A DNA stretch of 63,100 nt, the filler included, from Basidiobolus meristosporus CBS 931.73 (Eukaryota; Fungi; Basidiobolomycota), in assembly GCA_002104905.1 (NCBI GenBank). It is 4 parts of 4 records of this genome, joined end to end, with 100 filler letters (N's around TTAATTAATTAA, not from the genome) between each part and the next. Parts side by side here need not be neighbours in the genome. Positions count along the whole stretch, not along the records: positions 18,286 to 40,726 come from MCFE01000977.1; positions 40,827 to 52,112 come from MCFE01001277.1; 2 more parts are not named here. The stretch is one strand, 5' to 3'. Below are positions 35,764 through 48,545 of the stretch, one piece after another. Under the pieces are notes generated by a model. That model ran no database searches, was not told the DNA's origin, and was given only the letters and a program-made list of their open reading frames with translations. Positions within the stretch are counted from its first letter, which is position 1, and every line of letters begins with the position of its first letter. The position numbers and the translations under genes were made by a program.

Positions 35764-38700
35764 TGTTATGATCTGCCGCTTGAATGTTTAAGTTAGATCA
35801 GTTTTTAGTCAAATCAGTTAGTATATGTTTAGGTTATCAGTACATCAGTATTATCTATGAAATCAGTAGCATTAGTCAGCAAATGAATCAGCAGATCCTT
35901 ATCAGACAGAAATAGATATATTAAGTAGGATCTTATTGGGTGATGATGATGCAATCAAATGAGTCATCAGCCACAACCTACATTAGGAAATACAATTAGT
36001 CAGCAATTGATCTGGCAAAATGTATATAAGGAGCTGCTGGAACCTCAATAAAAATCAGTTCAAGTTTTAGTGAATACAATACTAGCTAAACTCCCTATTC
36101 CTCTACAACTCTTATACCAAGACTTGTAACATTGGTAGCAGCGATAACCAGAAACCTCCCTCCTGAAGAAAGAAGAAAACACCCTCAAGATGTCGGACAA
36201 TCAAGAATGGAAGAATGCCATGCAGCAAATCCTGGCCCAACAGCAACAGCTACTCCAGATCCTCAGCCAACAGCAACAAGGAATGACTACCATGGCTCAG
36301 AGCCAGCAAAGCCCTATCAAGAGCAACTTTAGTGTGAAGGTCAACCGGTACCATGGCAGAGTCAATGAAAACCTGGGAACTTGGCTCTTTCAGATTGAAG
36401 AAGCTTTTAAAGCTAAAGGAATTGCTCCAGAGAGCAAGTTGCATTATGCAGCTTCTTACCTGGCAGATGCAGCTTTACAGTGGTACCACAACAAGATCAG
36501 GTCAGCTACTATGATGGGATGCTCTACAATCTCTACCTGGGATGAGTTTGTGTCGGAAATTCAGGATGCTTTTGAACCTCCACACCAGCAGACACTACTA
36601 AGAAGGAAGTTAAAGACACTCAGACAGAAAGGAATGGTGCAAGAATACATCTATGAGTACAGATGTCTACTTGGACAAATTGAAAGAATGGACCCCTTGG
36701 ATCAAGTTGAATACTTTATTGATGGGTTGAAAGAAAGAACTCGCAAGGAAGTCAATTACCGAAGACCTCAGACTATTGAAGAAGCCATCAAGATTGCCAT
36801 TGACTATGACTCAGCTATGTTTGGAGTTGGGAAGCCTACAGTGACTAGTCAGAAAGGCTATAATCATTATGAAAGAAGACAATCAGAAGCAGTACCAATG
36901 GAAATAGACGCTATGCAGAAGAATCCCTCCTCAGAAGAATGCAAGAAGAGAGGACTTTGCTTCAATTGCCACCAGCAGGGACATATTGCAAAATACTGCC
37001 CTCAGAGAAGAAATGGACACCAGCCAACAAGAACCTTCAACCATATTGAATCCCATGAACACAATAATGAGGAAGATGAGCTTGAAGAAGACTCGGAACT
37101 CACCTTCCATATGACAGAAGAGTACTTGTCCCAAATGACTTCAAACTCAGGGAAGTTATTGTACCTGAATGGAGCAATCAATGGAGTACCTGCCAAGATC
37201 ATGATTGACTCAGGAGCATCGCATGAGTACATGTCAGAGCAATTTGCTTTGAAAGCTGGAATCAACTCGGAACCTACCAAATCAACTTCAGTCTCCACAG
37301 CAGATGGGAACTCCCACATAATCAACCGTATTACCCAGCCAGTAAGAATGAAGATCAATGACTATGAAGAAGACCTACAGGCTTATATATTTGGGAACTG
37401 CAAGTTTGACCTTGTACTTGGGAAAACCTGGCTATTTTGTCGTAATCCATCAATCAACTGGAGAACCCATGCTACTCAGATCCAAAAAGACAACAAGACC
37501 TATGAGCTATTACCTGCCAGGCTGGATTTCAACTTGGTCAATTCCAGTGTGTGTGAGACAAGTGAACTTAGCAAGACCCAGTTCTGTAGAGCACTTAGAA
37601 AAGGTACCCAGATGTTCCTCATGGCGGTATTACAGGAGGATTCCTCTATCCCAGCACCCCAGCAGATCCAGACTCTCTTGAAGAAATATTCAGACGTGTT
37701 TCCAGATGAGCTTGTAAGCCTACCACCAGTCAGAGACGTGGATCATGCCATTGACACAGGAGATAGCCCTCCAGTGAGCAAGACACCTTACAGAATGAGT
37801 CCATTGGAATTGGAGGAAATGAAGAAACAAATTGATCAGCTATTGGAGCAAGGATACATCAGGCCCAGCAAGTCACCTTGGGGAGCACCAGTGCTTTTTG
37901 TGAAAAAGAAGGATGGAACACTTAGGATGTGCATTGACTACAGAGCCCTGAACTCAGTTACCGTCAAGAATAAGTACCCCATACCTCGGATTGATGAGCT
38001 TTTGGACCAACTTAATGGAGCCACTATTTTCAGCAAGATCGACCTCATGTCAGGATACAACCAGATTAGGGTGAAACCAGAAGATATCCCTAAGACAGCA
38101 TTCAGGACCAGATATGGACATTACGAGTACTTAGTCATGAGTTTTGGCCTCACTAATGCCCCTGCAACATTCATGACGCTGATGCAGACTGTCTTTCAGG
38201 AGTACTTAGACAAGTTTGTGATAATCTACCTGGATGACATATTGATATACAGCAAGACAGAAAAGGATCACATGGTGCACATTGAAAAGGTCTTGAAGAA
38301 ACTAAGAGAGAACAAGCTATACGGCAAGCTAGCCAAGTGTGAATTCTTCAAGGAACACGTAGAATATCTGGGACACATAGTGACTAGCACAGGAGTAACC
38401 TTAGACCCCAAGAAGGTGGAAGTAATCAAGAATTTGAAGCAGCCCCATAGCATATCAGAACTCAGATCCTTCCTTGGAATGGTTTCCTATTATCGGAGAT
38501 TTGTCAAGTCATTTGCAAGTATTGCAGCCCCTTTAACTGATATCCTCAAGAAAGACAATACCTACAAGTGGGACATAGCTTGTGAGACTGCCTTCCAGAC
38601 ACTAAAGAATGAACTTGCTAAGCTGCCAAGCTTAAGAATACCAGACTTCAGAAAAGAGTTCACTCTGTGCACAGATGCTTCAGATTATGCAATTGGTGGA

Positions 38701-40701
38701 GTGCTGAGCCAAGAACACAAGGGAAAGGACTACCCTGTTGCCTTTGAATCCAAGAAACTGAACTCAGCAGAACAAAACTATCCAGTTCATGAGAAGGAGA
38801 TGCTTGCTATAATACACTGTTTGAAGACATGGAGATGCTATATTGAAGGAGTCAAATGCACTGTGAAGACTGATCATGCCTCCCTCAAGTATATATTTAC
38901 TCAGAAGGTACTCTCTAGAAGAATGACAAGATGGAGTGAATACATTCAGCAATTTGACCTGGAGATTGTCTACTGTCCTGGAAAAAACAACACGGTTGCT
39001 GATGCCTTATCAAGATTAGATCAAGTTGCACAACTCAACTTGGTGCATGAATCAGATTGGCCTAGCCTATTACCAAAGTACTTGGAGGACCAAGCCATTC
39101 CTAATGAGGTGGATGAAGATATCAAGAAGATAATCCGTGATGAGGCCAGCAAATTTGTTGTACAGAATGAAACACTCTACCGAATTGTTGATGGAAGCCC
39201 TATTGCCTATTGTCCTTATGTTGCTCGCCTGGATTTAATACATAAGCTACACAATGGATATGGACATCTTGGGATTGAAGGAACCTATAGCCTTGTAAAA
39301 GCCAGAGCATGGTGGCCCAGAATGAAACAAGACATTGAGAAGCTAGTAAAAACATGCCCAAACTGCCAAATCAATCAAGGCCAGCCACAAAGAATTGCCG
39401 AACTCTTCCCTTTGGAGCCTGTAAGACCATTTGAGAGATGGGGAATTGACTTTATTGGAAGACTGCCAACTACCAGGAAATGCAACCGTTGGATCCTAGT
39501 AGCAATTGACCATGCCACTAAATGGCCAGTTGCTAAAGCTGTACCAATAGCCAGTGAACAAGAAGTTGCAAGTTTCATTTACCATGAGATCCTGATGAAG
39601 TTTGGATGCCCTGTGGAGATCTTATCCGATAGAGGTGCAAACTTTATGGCAAAGACATTAGAGGCTTACCTGGAAATGCAGCAGATCAGACACTTGAAAA
39701 CCTCGGCATATCACCCCAGAACTAATGGAGTCACTGAGCGGTTTAATGGATTATTTGGAAAAATGCTGACCAAGTATGCAAATGGAGTTGTCAGTAGATG
39801 GGATGAGTATATAGACCAAGCACTCTTTGCATGCAGAGTCAGAGTACACAACACCACCCAGCAATCACCATTTTACTTAGTTTATGGATGTGAACCAAGG
39901 ATTCCAGGAGATCTCACACAACCAAAGCTTACAGACACCTTAGAAGATGAACTCAGTCAGCCAAGTAGACACCAGCAACTGGAACAAAGACGTCAAGAGG
40001 CACAGACCAAAGTATCTCAAAGTGCAGAAAAGATGAAGCAGAGATTTGATAAGACTATAGCACCAGAAGCATTGACAGTTGGGAACTTTGTATTGCTAAG
40101 AAACAACACTCGGAAGAAGTTTGAGCCACAATGGACAGGACCATTCAAGATCATCAGAGAATGTCCATTTGCAACTTACCAACTGGTGGACAAACAAGGC
40201 AATATCCGGGAAGACTTAGTGCATAGGGACAGACTCAAGCTTGCAAGACTTGCTGATAATACTGAACCATCAAGATATTGGTATCACAAGAAAAGAGATT
40301 CAGGAGAACCCTCTCAACTTTAGTAGGGGAGAATGTTATGATCTGCCGCTTGAATGTTTAAGTTAGATCAGTTTTTAGTCAAATCAGTTAGTATATGTTT
40401 AGGTTATCAGTACATCAGTATTATCTATGAAATCAGTAGCATTAGTCAGCAAATGAATCAGCAGATCCTTATCAGACAGAAATAGATATATTAAGTAGGA
40501 TCTTATTGGGTGATGATGATGCAATCAAATGAGTCATCAGCCACAACCTACATTAGGAAATACAATTAGTCAGCAATTGATCTGGCAAAATGTATATAAG
40601 GAGCTGCTGGAACCTCAATAAAAATCAGTTCAAGTTTTAGTGAATACAATACTAGCTAAACTCCCTATTCCTCTACAACTCTTATACCAAGACTTGTAAC
40701 A
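35764..40701 (+). mobile_element. Intact, young Ty3/gypsy LTR retrotransposon with ATCT TSD
   Basis: 368-bp LTRs at 35764-36131 and 40334-40701 look identical by eye. PBS tggtagcagcg, PPT agtaggggagaa, 4-bp ATCT on both flanks, single 1377-aa ORF. Confidence 0.97.
36190..40323 (+). CDS. gag-pol: Gag-Pol polyprotein (gag, CCHC knuckle, protease, RT, RNaseH, integrase), no chromodomain
   Basis: [56 protein letters not shown] and GPFKII in one uninterrupted frame. Confidence 0.97.
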   Translation: MSDNQEWKNAMQQILAQQQQLLQILSQQQQGMTTMAQSQQSPIKSNFSVKVNRYHGRVNENLGTWLFQIEEAFKAKGIAPESKLHYAASYLADAALQWYHNKIRSATMMGCSTISTWDEFVSEIQDAFEPPHQQTLLRRKLKTLRQKGMVQEYIYEYRCLLGQIERMDPLDQVEYFIDGLKERTRKEVNYRRPQTIEEAIKIAIDYDSAMFGVGKPTVTSQKGYNHYERRQSEAVPMEIDAMQKNPSSEECKKRGLCFNCHQQGHIAKYCPQRRNGHQPTRTFNHIESHEHNNEEDELEEDSELTFHMTEEYLSQMTSNSGKLLYLNGAINGVPAKIMIDSGASHEYMSEQFALKAGINSEPTKSTSVSTADGNSHIINRITQPVRMKINDYEEDLQAYIFGNCKFDLVLGKTWLFCRNPSINWRTHATQIQKDNKTYELLPARLDFNLVNSSVCETSELSKTQFCRALRKGTQMFLMAVLQEDSSIPAPQQIQTLLKKYSDVFPDELVSLPPVRDVDHAIDTGDSPPVSKTPYRMSPLELEEMKKQIDQLLEQGYIRPSKSPWGAPVLFVKKKDGTLRMCIDYRALNSVTVKNKYPIPRIDELLDQLNGATIFSKIDLMSGYNQIRVKPEDIPKTAFRTRYGHYEYLVMSFGLTNAPATFMTLMQTVFQEYLDKFVIIYLDDILIYSKTEKDHMVHIEKVLKKLRENKLYGKLAKCEFFKEHVEYLGHIVTSTGVTLDPKKVEVIKNLKQPHSISELRSFLGMVSYYRRFVKSFASIAAPLTDILKKDNTYKWDIACETAFQTLKNELAKLPSLRIPDFRKEFTLCTDASDYAIGGVLSQEHKGKDYPVAFESKKLNSAEQNYPVHEKEMLAIIHCLKTWRCYIEGVKCTVKTDHASLKYIFTQKVLSRRMTRWSEYIQQFDLEIVYCPGKNNTVADALSRLDQVAQLNLVHESDWPSLLPKYLEDQAIPNEVDEDIKKIIRDEASKFVVQNETLYRIVDGSPIAYCPYVARLDLIHKLHNGYGHLGIEGTYSLVKARAWWPRMKQDIEKLVKTCPNCQINQGQPQRIAELFPLEPVRPFERWGIDFIGRLPTTRKCNRWILVAIDHATKWPVAKAVPIASEQEVASFIYHEILMKFGCPVEILSDRGANFMAKTLEAYLEMQQIRHLKTSAYHPRTNGVTERFNGLFGKMLTKYANGVVSRWDEYIDQALFACRVRVHNTTQQSPFYLVYGCEPRIPGDLTQPKLTDTLEDELSQPSRHQQLEQRRQEAQTKVSQSAEKMKQRFDKTIAPEALTVGNFVLLRNNTRKKFEPQWTGPFKIIRECPFATYQLVDKQGNIREDLVHRDRLKLARLADNTEPSRYWYHKKRDSGEPSQL

Positions 40702-40726
40702 ATCTTACAGTGTTCAATTAAAGTAA

Positions 40727-40826
40727 NNNNNNNNNNNNNNNNNNNNNNNNNNNNNNNNNNNNNNNNNNNNTTAATTAATTAANNNNNNNNNNNNNNNNNN
40801 NNNNNNNNNNNNNNNNNNNNNNNNNN
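40727..40826. other. Assembly gap with artificial linker
   Basis: 44 N + TTAATTAATTAA + 44 N. Confidence 0.97.
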
Positions 40827-42306
40827 TCATCAATTTCAGCAATGTTTACATATTCAAGTACACTTGTCTTGCTTTGCAACTTGCATATATAGATATCACT
40901 TGTATTTAGCTCTATAGAGCCACGGGCAGTATCCTTTAGTTGAGAGTTGTCTCCCATATAAACCTTTCTTACAAATACCCTTTGAGTTACTGATGCACTC
41001 CTTAATACTGAAAATATGCAGTAATGCTCCAGAGTCAATGTACCATTCATTACTTTGGTTACTTGCACTCTCTTGTTCAGTTGCAAAGTTTTGATTATCA
41101 GTGATGATATGGTTTGCCTGCTCTAGTTACTGTTTTTTGTCTGCTTGGTTCTTCTTGCATTTTCTGGCCCAATGTCCTGGCTTTGAACAGTGGCTACAGC
41201 AACAAGGTTTTCTTTGGTTTTGTCATTTTCCTTCTTTTCTGTGTGCCTTTCTGAGCTTAACAAAGCATTACCATTGAATTTTCTCTGCTTGCTCATTATG
41301 TCTGGGTTTGCCATGGAGAAGTCTTCCTTTGACTTATTCAAAAGTCAGATTGTCTTTTCCGCATTTGTAATGTGTATGTGTGGCTCATACTTCACTGGTA
41401 AGCTGATGGGCTGACAGAGTCACTTTTCTTCATCATGTACACCAGCATTGATACTGCAAGGTTCTTCTGCAAGTCACTCTGCCTTAGTAATGATCTGTAG
41501 CATGTAATCATCTGGCTTCTTTTTGATGTTGAAGAAATTTTGTCTTATATAAAGCTTGCTTGGTATTGACTTTCCTCTAAAGGTCTTCTCCAAGGATTCC
41601 AATGCTGCTTTGGTAGTTTTAGGGGCATGAATTTGTCCAACAACTATATCTTGCACAGTGATATATATGGCATTAAAGGCTTTTCTCTCCTTACCTTGAA
41701 GCTTTTCCACTTCTTCTGCTGTTCCTTTAGGCTCAACTGCTCTTCCTGGTCCTATATTCCAAAGCTTTTTTTCTCAAGGTGGATGTGCATCTTGATTCAC
41801 CAAAGTTTGTTGATCTTCCCATCAAACCACTCCATGACATGTAACTTGTTTGTGTTGTTCTGTTTGCTGCCAGAAGTTGTCTTTAGATTTGATTAGGGCA
41901 ATTGGTGCTCAAAACCTGTTGCAATTTAGAAAGCAATTTTGGATATAAGAAAGAAGGGACTTGGACATAATTGACCAATCAAGAGATAGTGATAATAATT
42001 AAACTAATACTTATTCAAAAAGAAGCTCAGTGTTTATAACATTGTAGAAGTAATAGAACTGTAACACTAAGTAGGGACAGCTTCTCAGTACTCAGGAGCA
42101 TTATGAATAGTCTCTGGGTTAGTCCATAATGTTTAATAATAGCTCAAATTTAATCTTGACTCTAGCCAAATAATCATAGGATCATAGAACTGAGGATAGT
42201 GGCACAGTTAGGGCTGTAAGTTGGTCCTACAGTGTTCAAGACTAGTCCAGAATTGCTAAGTTGACTTTTAGCTTCTGAATGATACCAAAGAGTCCATATG
42301 TCCACA
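40827..42306 (-). mobile_element. Copia family B, 5' part: LTR (41917-42306), degenerate PBS, gag to protease
   Basis: TGTTG...CCACA LTR, PBS ggttttgagcac on the minus strand, gag-like KAFNAIYITV...AALESLEKTF...KLYIRQNFF and KVYMGDNSQL. Confidence 0.8.
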
Positions 42307-42799
42307 GTGCAAAGTAACATAGAGGATGAACTAGAAGAAGACTACAAACTCACCTGCCATATGACAGAAGAATACCCATCCTAAATTACCTCAAACTAAA
42401 GAAAGCAAATACACTTTAATAGAGTAGCAAAGGAGTACCTGCCAAATTCATGATTGACTTGGGAGCATTACATGAGTACATATCACAGCATTTGCCTTCA
42501 GAGCTGGAATCAACTTGACACAAAATCCATTCCAATCTCCTAGCTATTTTGTTGCAATCCATCATTCAACTAGAGAACCCATGCAACTCAGATCCAGAAG
42601 ATCAACACAAGCTATGAGCTTTTACCTGCCAGACTGGAGTTCCACTTGGTCATTTCCAGTATGTGGGAAACAAGTGAACTTAGCAAGACACAGTTCTATA
42701 GAGCACTTAGTAATGGGACGCAGCTGTTCCTCATGGCAGTATTAAAGGAGAATTCCTCTACTGCAGCACCCCAGGAGGTTCAAACTCTTTTGAAGGAAT

Positions 42800-43531
42800 A
42801 GACTTGTTCCATTGGATAGTGCCACATTGAGCAATGAGTGCCAAATGATGCCATGGTGTGCCAGAGAGGCCAGTGAGCCTATACTTGGCCATGGAGTGTA
42901 AGACATAGATCTGCATCTTCATGCAAAGCAGCCCCTGTGTTTCACCTTTGATGCAGGAGAAAATCCATTTTTTGACGTTTTTTTGCAGATCAATGTTATG
43001 CAGGATGTGTAAGAGCACAATAGAACTGAAGACATGCATTTGGTACCCCATACCCATGGCACTCTGAATCTAGCCTCTGTGGCTTGTAACATGTCACATA
43101 AATGCATGGCACTATCTTGGTCCACTGGTACTAACTGGCACTATATTTAATTATTAGCCATAAAGTAAGATCTATACAAAGCACTTATAGTGCTAGATAG
43201 TACCAGTGGACCAAGATAGTGCCATGCATTTTTGTGACATGTTACAAGCCACAGGAGCTAGACTCAGAGTGCCATGGGTATGGAGTACCAGATGCATATT
43301 TTCAATCCTTTTGTGCTCTTACACATCCTGCACAGCATTGACACAAAAAAAAGGTCAAAAAATGGATTTTCTCCAACACAATTGGTGAAACACAGGGGCT
43401 GCTTTGCACAAAGATTCAGATCTATGTTTCACACACTGTGACCAAGTATAGGTTCACTTAGCCTCCCTGGCACACTATGGCATCATTTGGCACTCATGGC
43501 TCAATATGGCACTATCCAACAGAACAAGTCT
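42800..43531. mobile_element. Foldback MITE, 732 bp, ~340-bp TIR arms, AAT TSD
   Basis: AGACTTGTTC...GAACAAGTCT. The arms are inverted complements around an AT-rich spacer. AAT lies on both sides, and the empty site (single AAT, 37685-37687) is visible in the intact gypsy. Confidence 0.92.
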
Positions 43532-43565
43532 AATATGCAGACATGTTTCCAAATGAGCTTTAAGC

Positions 43566-43914
43566 TGTTTAAATAATTAGGAGTCCACCTAATTATTTAT
43601 ATATTATGAACTAGCACTTAGTGAAATGATCTATTTCAGATTATCAACATGGAGATTAGTTCGTAAGATATTTACTAATTATTAGGAATTAGAGAAGTAT
43701 AGAATTTTAGGAAAATCTGAAACTTGTCCAAATGAGCTGAAACTTGGCACATGTACTCCTGAGACTCCTATAATAATGACCAAATAGTCACATTTACGTA
43801 GTTCTGCAATAAGTATAAATATCATGTTGCAACTCAATAAAACATCAAGTGAATATCATGTAAATCTTCTAATTCACCAATTCACTTCCAATATATCTCT
43901 CTAATATTTCAACA
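43566..43914 (+). repeat. Solo LTR (copia-like, distant relative of family A), TAAGC TSD
   Basis: TGTTT...CAACA, 349 bp. TAAGC on both flanks is single in the intact gypsy (about 37712). The 3' end ttcacttccaatat resembles the family A LTR. Confidence 0.85.
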
Positions 43915-45663
43915 TAAGCCTGCTGCCAGTCAGAGACATGGATTATGCCATTGGCACAGGAGATAGCCCTTATGTGAGTAAGATACCTTGCAGAATGAGT
44001 CCTTCAAAGTTGGAAGCAATGAATGGACAAACAGACCAGTTATTGGGGCAAGGATATATCAGATCCAGCAAGTCACCTTGGGGAGCACAAGTACTTTGTG
44101 TGAAAAAGAAGGATGGAACACTTAGGATAAGCATTGAATACTGAGCCCTCAACTATGTTGCTATGAAGAATAAGTACCCCATACCTTGGATTGATGAGCT
44201 TTTGGACCAACTCAATAGAGCCACTACATTCAGCAAGATTGGCCTCATGTCAGGATACAACTACATTAGGGTGAAACCAGAAGACATTCCTAAGACAGCA
44301 TTCAGGACCAGATGTGGACATTACAAGTACTTAGTCATGAGTTTTGGCCTTATCAACGTCCCTGCAACATTTATGACCTTGATGCAAACAGACTTTGAGG
44401 ATAACTTAGACAGGTTTATGGTAATCTTCCTAGATGACACATTAATATACAGCAAGACAAAAGGGGAACACTTGGTGCAAATTGAAAAGGTCTTAATGAA
44501 GTTAATAGAAAACAAGCTGCATGGCAAGCTAGCAAAGTGTAAATTCTTAAAGCAATATGCTGAACACCTAGGACACATAGCGGCTAGCACAGGAGTGATC
44601 TCAGACCCCAAGATGGTTGAAGTCATCAAGAATCTAAAGCAGTCCCATAAAATATCAGAACTCAGATCATTCCATGAAATGGTATGATCTTATTAAAGAT
44701 CCATCAAGTTCTTGGCATGTATTGCAGCCCCTTTAACTGATATTCTCAGGAAAGACAACACCTTGAAGTGGTACATAGCCTGTGAGACTGCTTTTCAGAC
44801 ACTCAAGAATGAACTTGCTAAGCTGCCAAGCTTAAGAGTCCCAGACTTCTGAAAAGAGCTTACTGTGTGCACAGATGCTTCAGACTATGCAATTGGTGAA
44901 ATATTGAGCTAAGAACCTGAGGGAAAGGACTACTCAGTTGCTTTTGAGTTCAAGAATTCAAGCTCAGCAGAACAAAACTATCAAGTGCATGAGAAGGAGA
45001 AGCTTGACATAGTACACTGCTTGAAGACCTGGAGATGCTACATTGAAGGAGTCAAGTGCACTGTGAAGACTGGATATATCTCACCCAAGTATATGTTTTC
45101 TCAGAAGGTACTATGCAGAAGAATGACAAGATAGAGTGAATACATTTAGCAATTTGACTTGGAGATTATCTACTGCCCTGGGAAAAGTAATATAGTTGCT
45201 GATGCCTTATCAAGACTAGAGCAAGTTGCACAGCTCAACTTGGTGCATGAATCAGATTGGCCTAGATCATTACCAAAGTACTTGGATGACCAAGCCATTC
45301 CTAATGAGGTGGATGAAGAGATCAAGAACATAATACAGGACAAAGCCAGCAATTGTGTGGTACAAGATGAAACAGTCTACTAAATTGTTGATGGAGGCCC
45401 TATTGCCTATTGCCCTTATGTTGCTTGCCTGGATATAATACACAAGCTACACAATGTTTATGGACATCTTGCAATTGAAGGAATCTATATACTTGGGCAA
45501 GCTAGAGAATGGTGGCCCTGAATGAAACAACATATTGAGAAGCTAGTAAAGATATGCCAATTTGCCATATCAGCCAAGGCCAACAACAGAGAATTGCTGA
45601 ACTCTTTTCCTTAGAGCCTGTGAGACCATTTGAGTGATGGGATTGACTTTATTGGAAGACCGC

Positions 45664-46477
45664 TGTGGTAGGGTAAACATACCTCCCACAGACAAGTTTA
45701 CTCATATAGTCATTATGATATACTTATCCATATTTTATCTTATCAGTATTATCCCATTCTTCTATTGCCCATATTATCAGTATTATCCCCATATGATGTT
45801 TACCTTGATTAGTTATTAGCATTAGTTATCCCAGATGTTATTCAGCTTTGTAATCAGTATATGTATTTACATAAGGCAAGTACCTGCGTCAGTACCCGTG
45901 ACACATGACCTAGGTCTGTGTTACCATCCCTACCATTTCAATACCATAGATGGTATTTCTATGTTGCGCAGTGTTGCGCAGGTTTCAGACTACTGATTCC
46001 TGATTGGTTGAATGTGATGTGCCTTTTAGAACCTTCCAGGATATTCTTGGCATATTTTTAGCTTATAGTGATATCATCAAGAATTCCACTGATACCTGGA
46101 ATCATCTAGAACCTTGTCATTAGTAATCACTTGGCAATCAGGAAAAGTATTTAAGGGAAAGCAGTCCCTCATCAATAAATCATCCCTTCTATCAGTAACA
46201 CTTCTCCCTTATTGATTTGCAGTTGATCACTGCACCTGCCTTCAACAGTACATCTCAGACCTGCCATCAAGGAGCTTTTCAGGGTAGTGCACAAGACACA
46301 CAGAGGCCTTTGGAGACACTTGGAGCACCTAGGAAGCTAGAGAAGCAGGAGCTTTTACCATAGTGACATATTGACAAAGACACCAGCAGCTTAGATACAG
46401 AGGTTATTGCACCCATCAGACACCTCACACACCTTGAGTTGTGTAGCTTCTCCCAGGAGTACCTCTACATCACCACA
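45664..46477 (+). repeat. Solo LTR of another family, 814 bp, CCGC TSD
   Basis: TGTGGT...ACCACA inverted termini, 4-bp CCGC on both flanks, internal TATTTAA and AATAAA. It interrupts the gypsy integrase at IGRLPT. Confidence 0.85.
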
Positions 46478-46560
46478 CCGCCAACCACCAGGAAATGCAA
46501 CCATTGGATCCTAATAACAACTGGCCATGCCACTAAATGGCCAGTGGATAAAGCTGTACC

Positions 46561-46929
46561 TGTTGTAACTCAAAAGATGATTTGAATATAAGGAGCTGAT
46601 CAAGAAGTAGTGATAATAGTGGAACTGTTGTATATTCATAAGGAAGCTCAGTATTTATACCTTTGAAGAAGTAACACAACAGTAAAACTAAGTAAGGAGA
46701 ACTTCTCAAGACTGAGGAGCATTCTGTAACAGTTTCTAGTTTAGTACATAATGTTTGGTAAATGTGCTAATCGGATTATGACTTGAGGGGAATAATTGTA
46801 GGTGCATGGATCTAAAGAAAGTGGCAAAATTAGGGCTGTAAGTTGGTCCTACACTGACCTAGACTAGTCCAGAAATGGTAAGTTACTTTTTAGCTGCTAT
46901 ATGATACCAAATAGTCCAATATTTCAACA
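46561..46929 (-). repeat. Solo LTR of copia family B
   Basis: TGTTG...CAACA. Aligns with 41917-42306 (shared ttagggctgtaagttggtcctaca and gactagtccaga). Imperfect flanks GTACC/GTAGC. Confidence 0.85.
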
Positions 46930-48077
46930 GTAGCCAGTGAACAAGTCACTGCAAGTTTCATCTACCAAGAGATCCTTATTAAGTTTCAATGCCTTACAAA
47001 GATTTTAGCCAGTATAGGCGCAAACATTATGGCAAAGAAATTGGAAGCTTACCTGAAAATTCAACAGATCAAACACTTGATAACCTCAGAAAATCACCCT
47101 AGAACTAATGGTGCCACCTAGCAGTTAAATGGATTATTTGAAAAAATGCTGACCAAGTATGTAAATTGAACTGTCAGTAGAAGGGACAAGTATATAGACC
47201 AAACACCTTTTGCCTGCAGGGTTTGTGTGTAGAAGACCACTCAACAATTGCCATTTTACTTAGTGTATGGGTGGGTACCAAGGATTTCAGGAGATCTCCC
47301 ATAACCAAAGCCTGTAGATGCCTTAGAAGATGAACTCATCTAGTTAAGTAGTCACCAGCAGCTGGAACAAAGAGGCACAGGCCAAAGTATCTCAAAGTGC
47401 AGCAAAGATGGAGCAGAGATTTGATAATACTATAACACCAGGAGCATTGACATCTAGGAACTGTGTATTGCTGAGAAACATCACTCAGAAGAAGTTTGAG
47501 CCACAATGAATGGGACCTTTCAAGATCATCAGAAAATGTCCATTTGCAATATACCAACCAGTGAACAAACAAGGCAATATCTGCAAAGATTTAGCTCCTA
47601 GATACAGACTCAAGCCTGCAAGACTTGCTGACAATACTGAACCATCAAGATATTGGTATCACAAGACATGGAACTCAGGAGAACACTCTAAACTCTAGTA
47701 GGAGAGAATTTAATGATTAACCGCTTGAATGTTTAAGTTAGATCAGTTATTAGTCACATCAATTAGCTTTATGTTTGACCTATTGGTATATCAACATTAT
47801 CTATCAAATCAGAAGTGTTAGTCAGCAGATGAATTGGCAGATCCTATCAGAAAGCAATAGATATATTAAGTGGGATCTAATTGGGTGATGATGCAATCAA
47901 ATGAGTTGTCAGCCACAAACTACACTAGGAAATATAATTAGTCAGCCATTGATCTGCCAAAATGTATATAAGGAGCTGCTGGAACCTCAATAAAAATCAG
48001 TTCAAGTTTTAGTGAATACCATAATAGCCAAACTCCCTATTCCTCTAAAACTCTGATATTGATACTTGTTATAAATA

Positions 48078-48300
48078 TCACAGGACTCATCAAGGCAGCA
48101 GCTCTGATGTATCAGATAGAGGGTAAGTGAATACCTCAAGGAATTAGAAGGTGAGATGCAGGAGGAAAAATATGGATCACCAGCAACTATTTTGAAAATG
48201 TGCCAGCATGCTCTACTGGATTCCTCACCACACCTTGCAACACCAATGCACTAGCACATGTCAGGCCAATATATACCAGCTTCCTTTGCCAGAGCACCAT
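48078..48300 (+). repeat. Degenerate paralogous fragment of the 3' part of ORF 49756..50667
   Basis: cacaggactcatc(a/c)aggca(g/a)cag...taagtgaatacct...gccagcatgc aligns with 50278-50500. Confidence 0.8.
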
Positions 48301-48545
48301 GAACCAAGTTGATGCATTGTAGTGGGGTACAGTGACACCCACCGACAGATGTGCTCATTAACATATTAGACTTGTTCCATTGGATAGTGCCACATAGTGC
48401 CAGATCAATCTGGCACTATAATTTCTACTATCATGCCAGTGGTAGGTTATAGTTACTGGTAATTTTACTCTATTTTACTTATGTTGCTCAGAGTAGTGCT
48501 TTCCTTGCTTTATCTACTCTTCATAATGCTCCAGACACAATTCTC

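Larger units (their letters stand above)
42307..48073 (+). mobile_element. Decayed second copy of the Ty3/gypsy family with nested insertions and 3' LTR at about 47709-48073
   Basis: Colinear with 37070-40701 (for example [17 protein letters not shown] and GPFKIIRKCPFA), with many stops, deletions and four insertions. Confidence 0.93.

Noticed and set aside
42800-43531. Tc1/mariner assignment of the MITE through an apparent TA duplication
   Set aside because: Comparison with the empty site in the intact gypsy fits a 3-bp AAT duplication exactly; a TA model leaves three unexplained bases.
43938-47700. Classical ascomycete RIP
   Set aside because: The diagnostic changes I could trace are at CpG rather than CpA, and an intact multi-copy gypsy survives nearby. 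A full context count is still needed.
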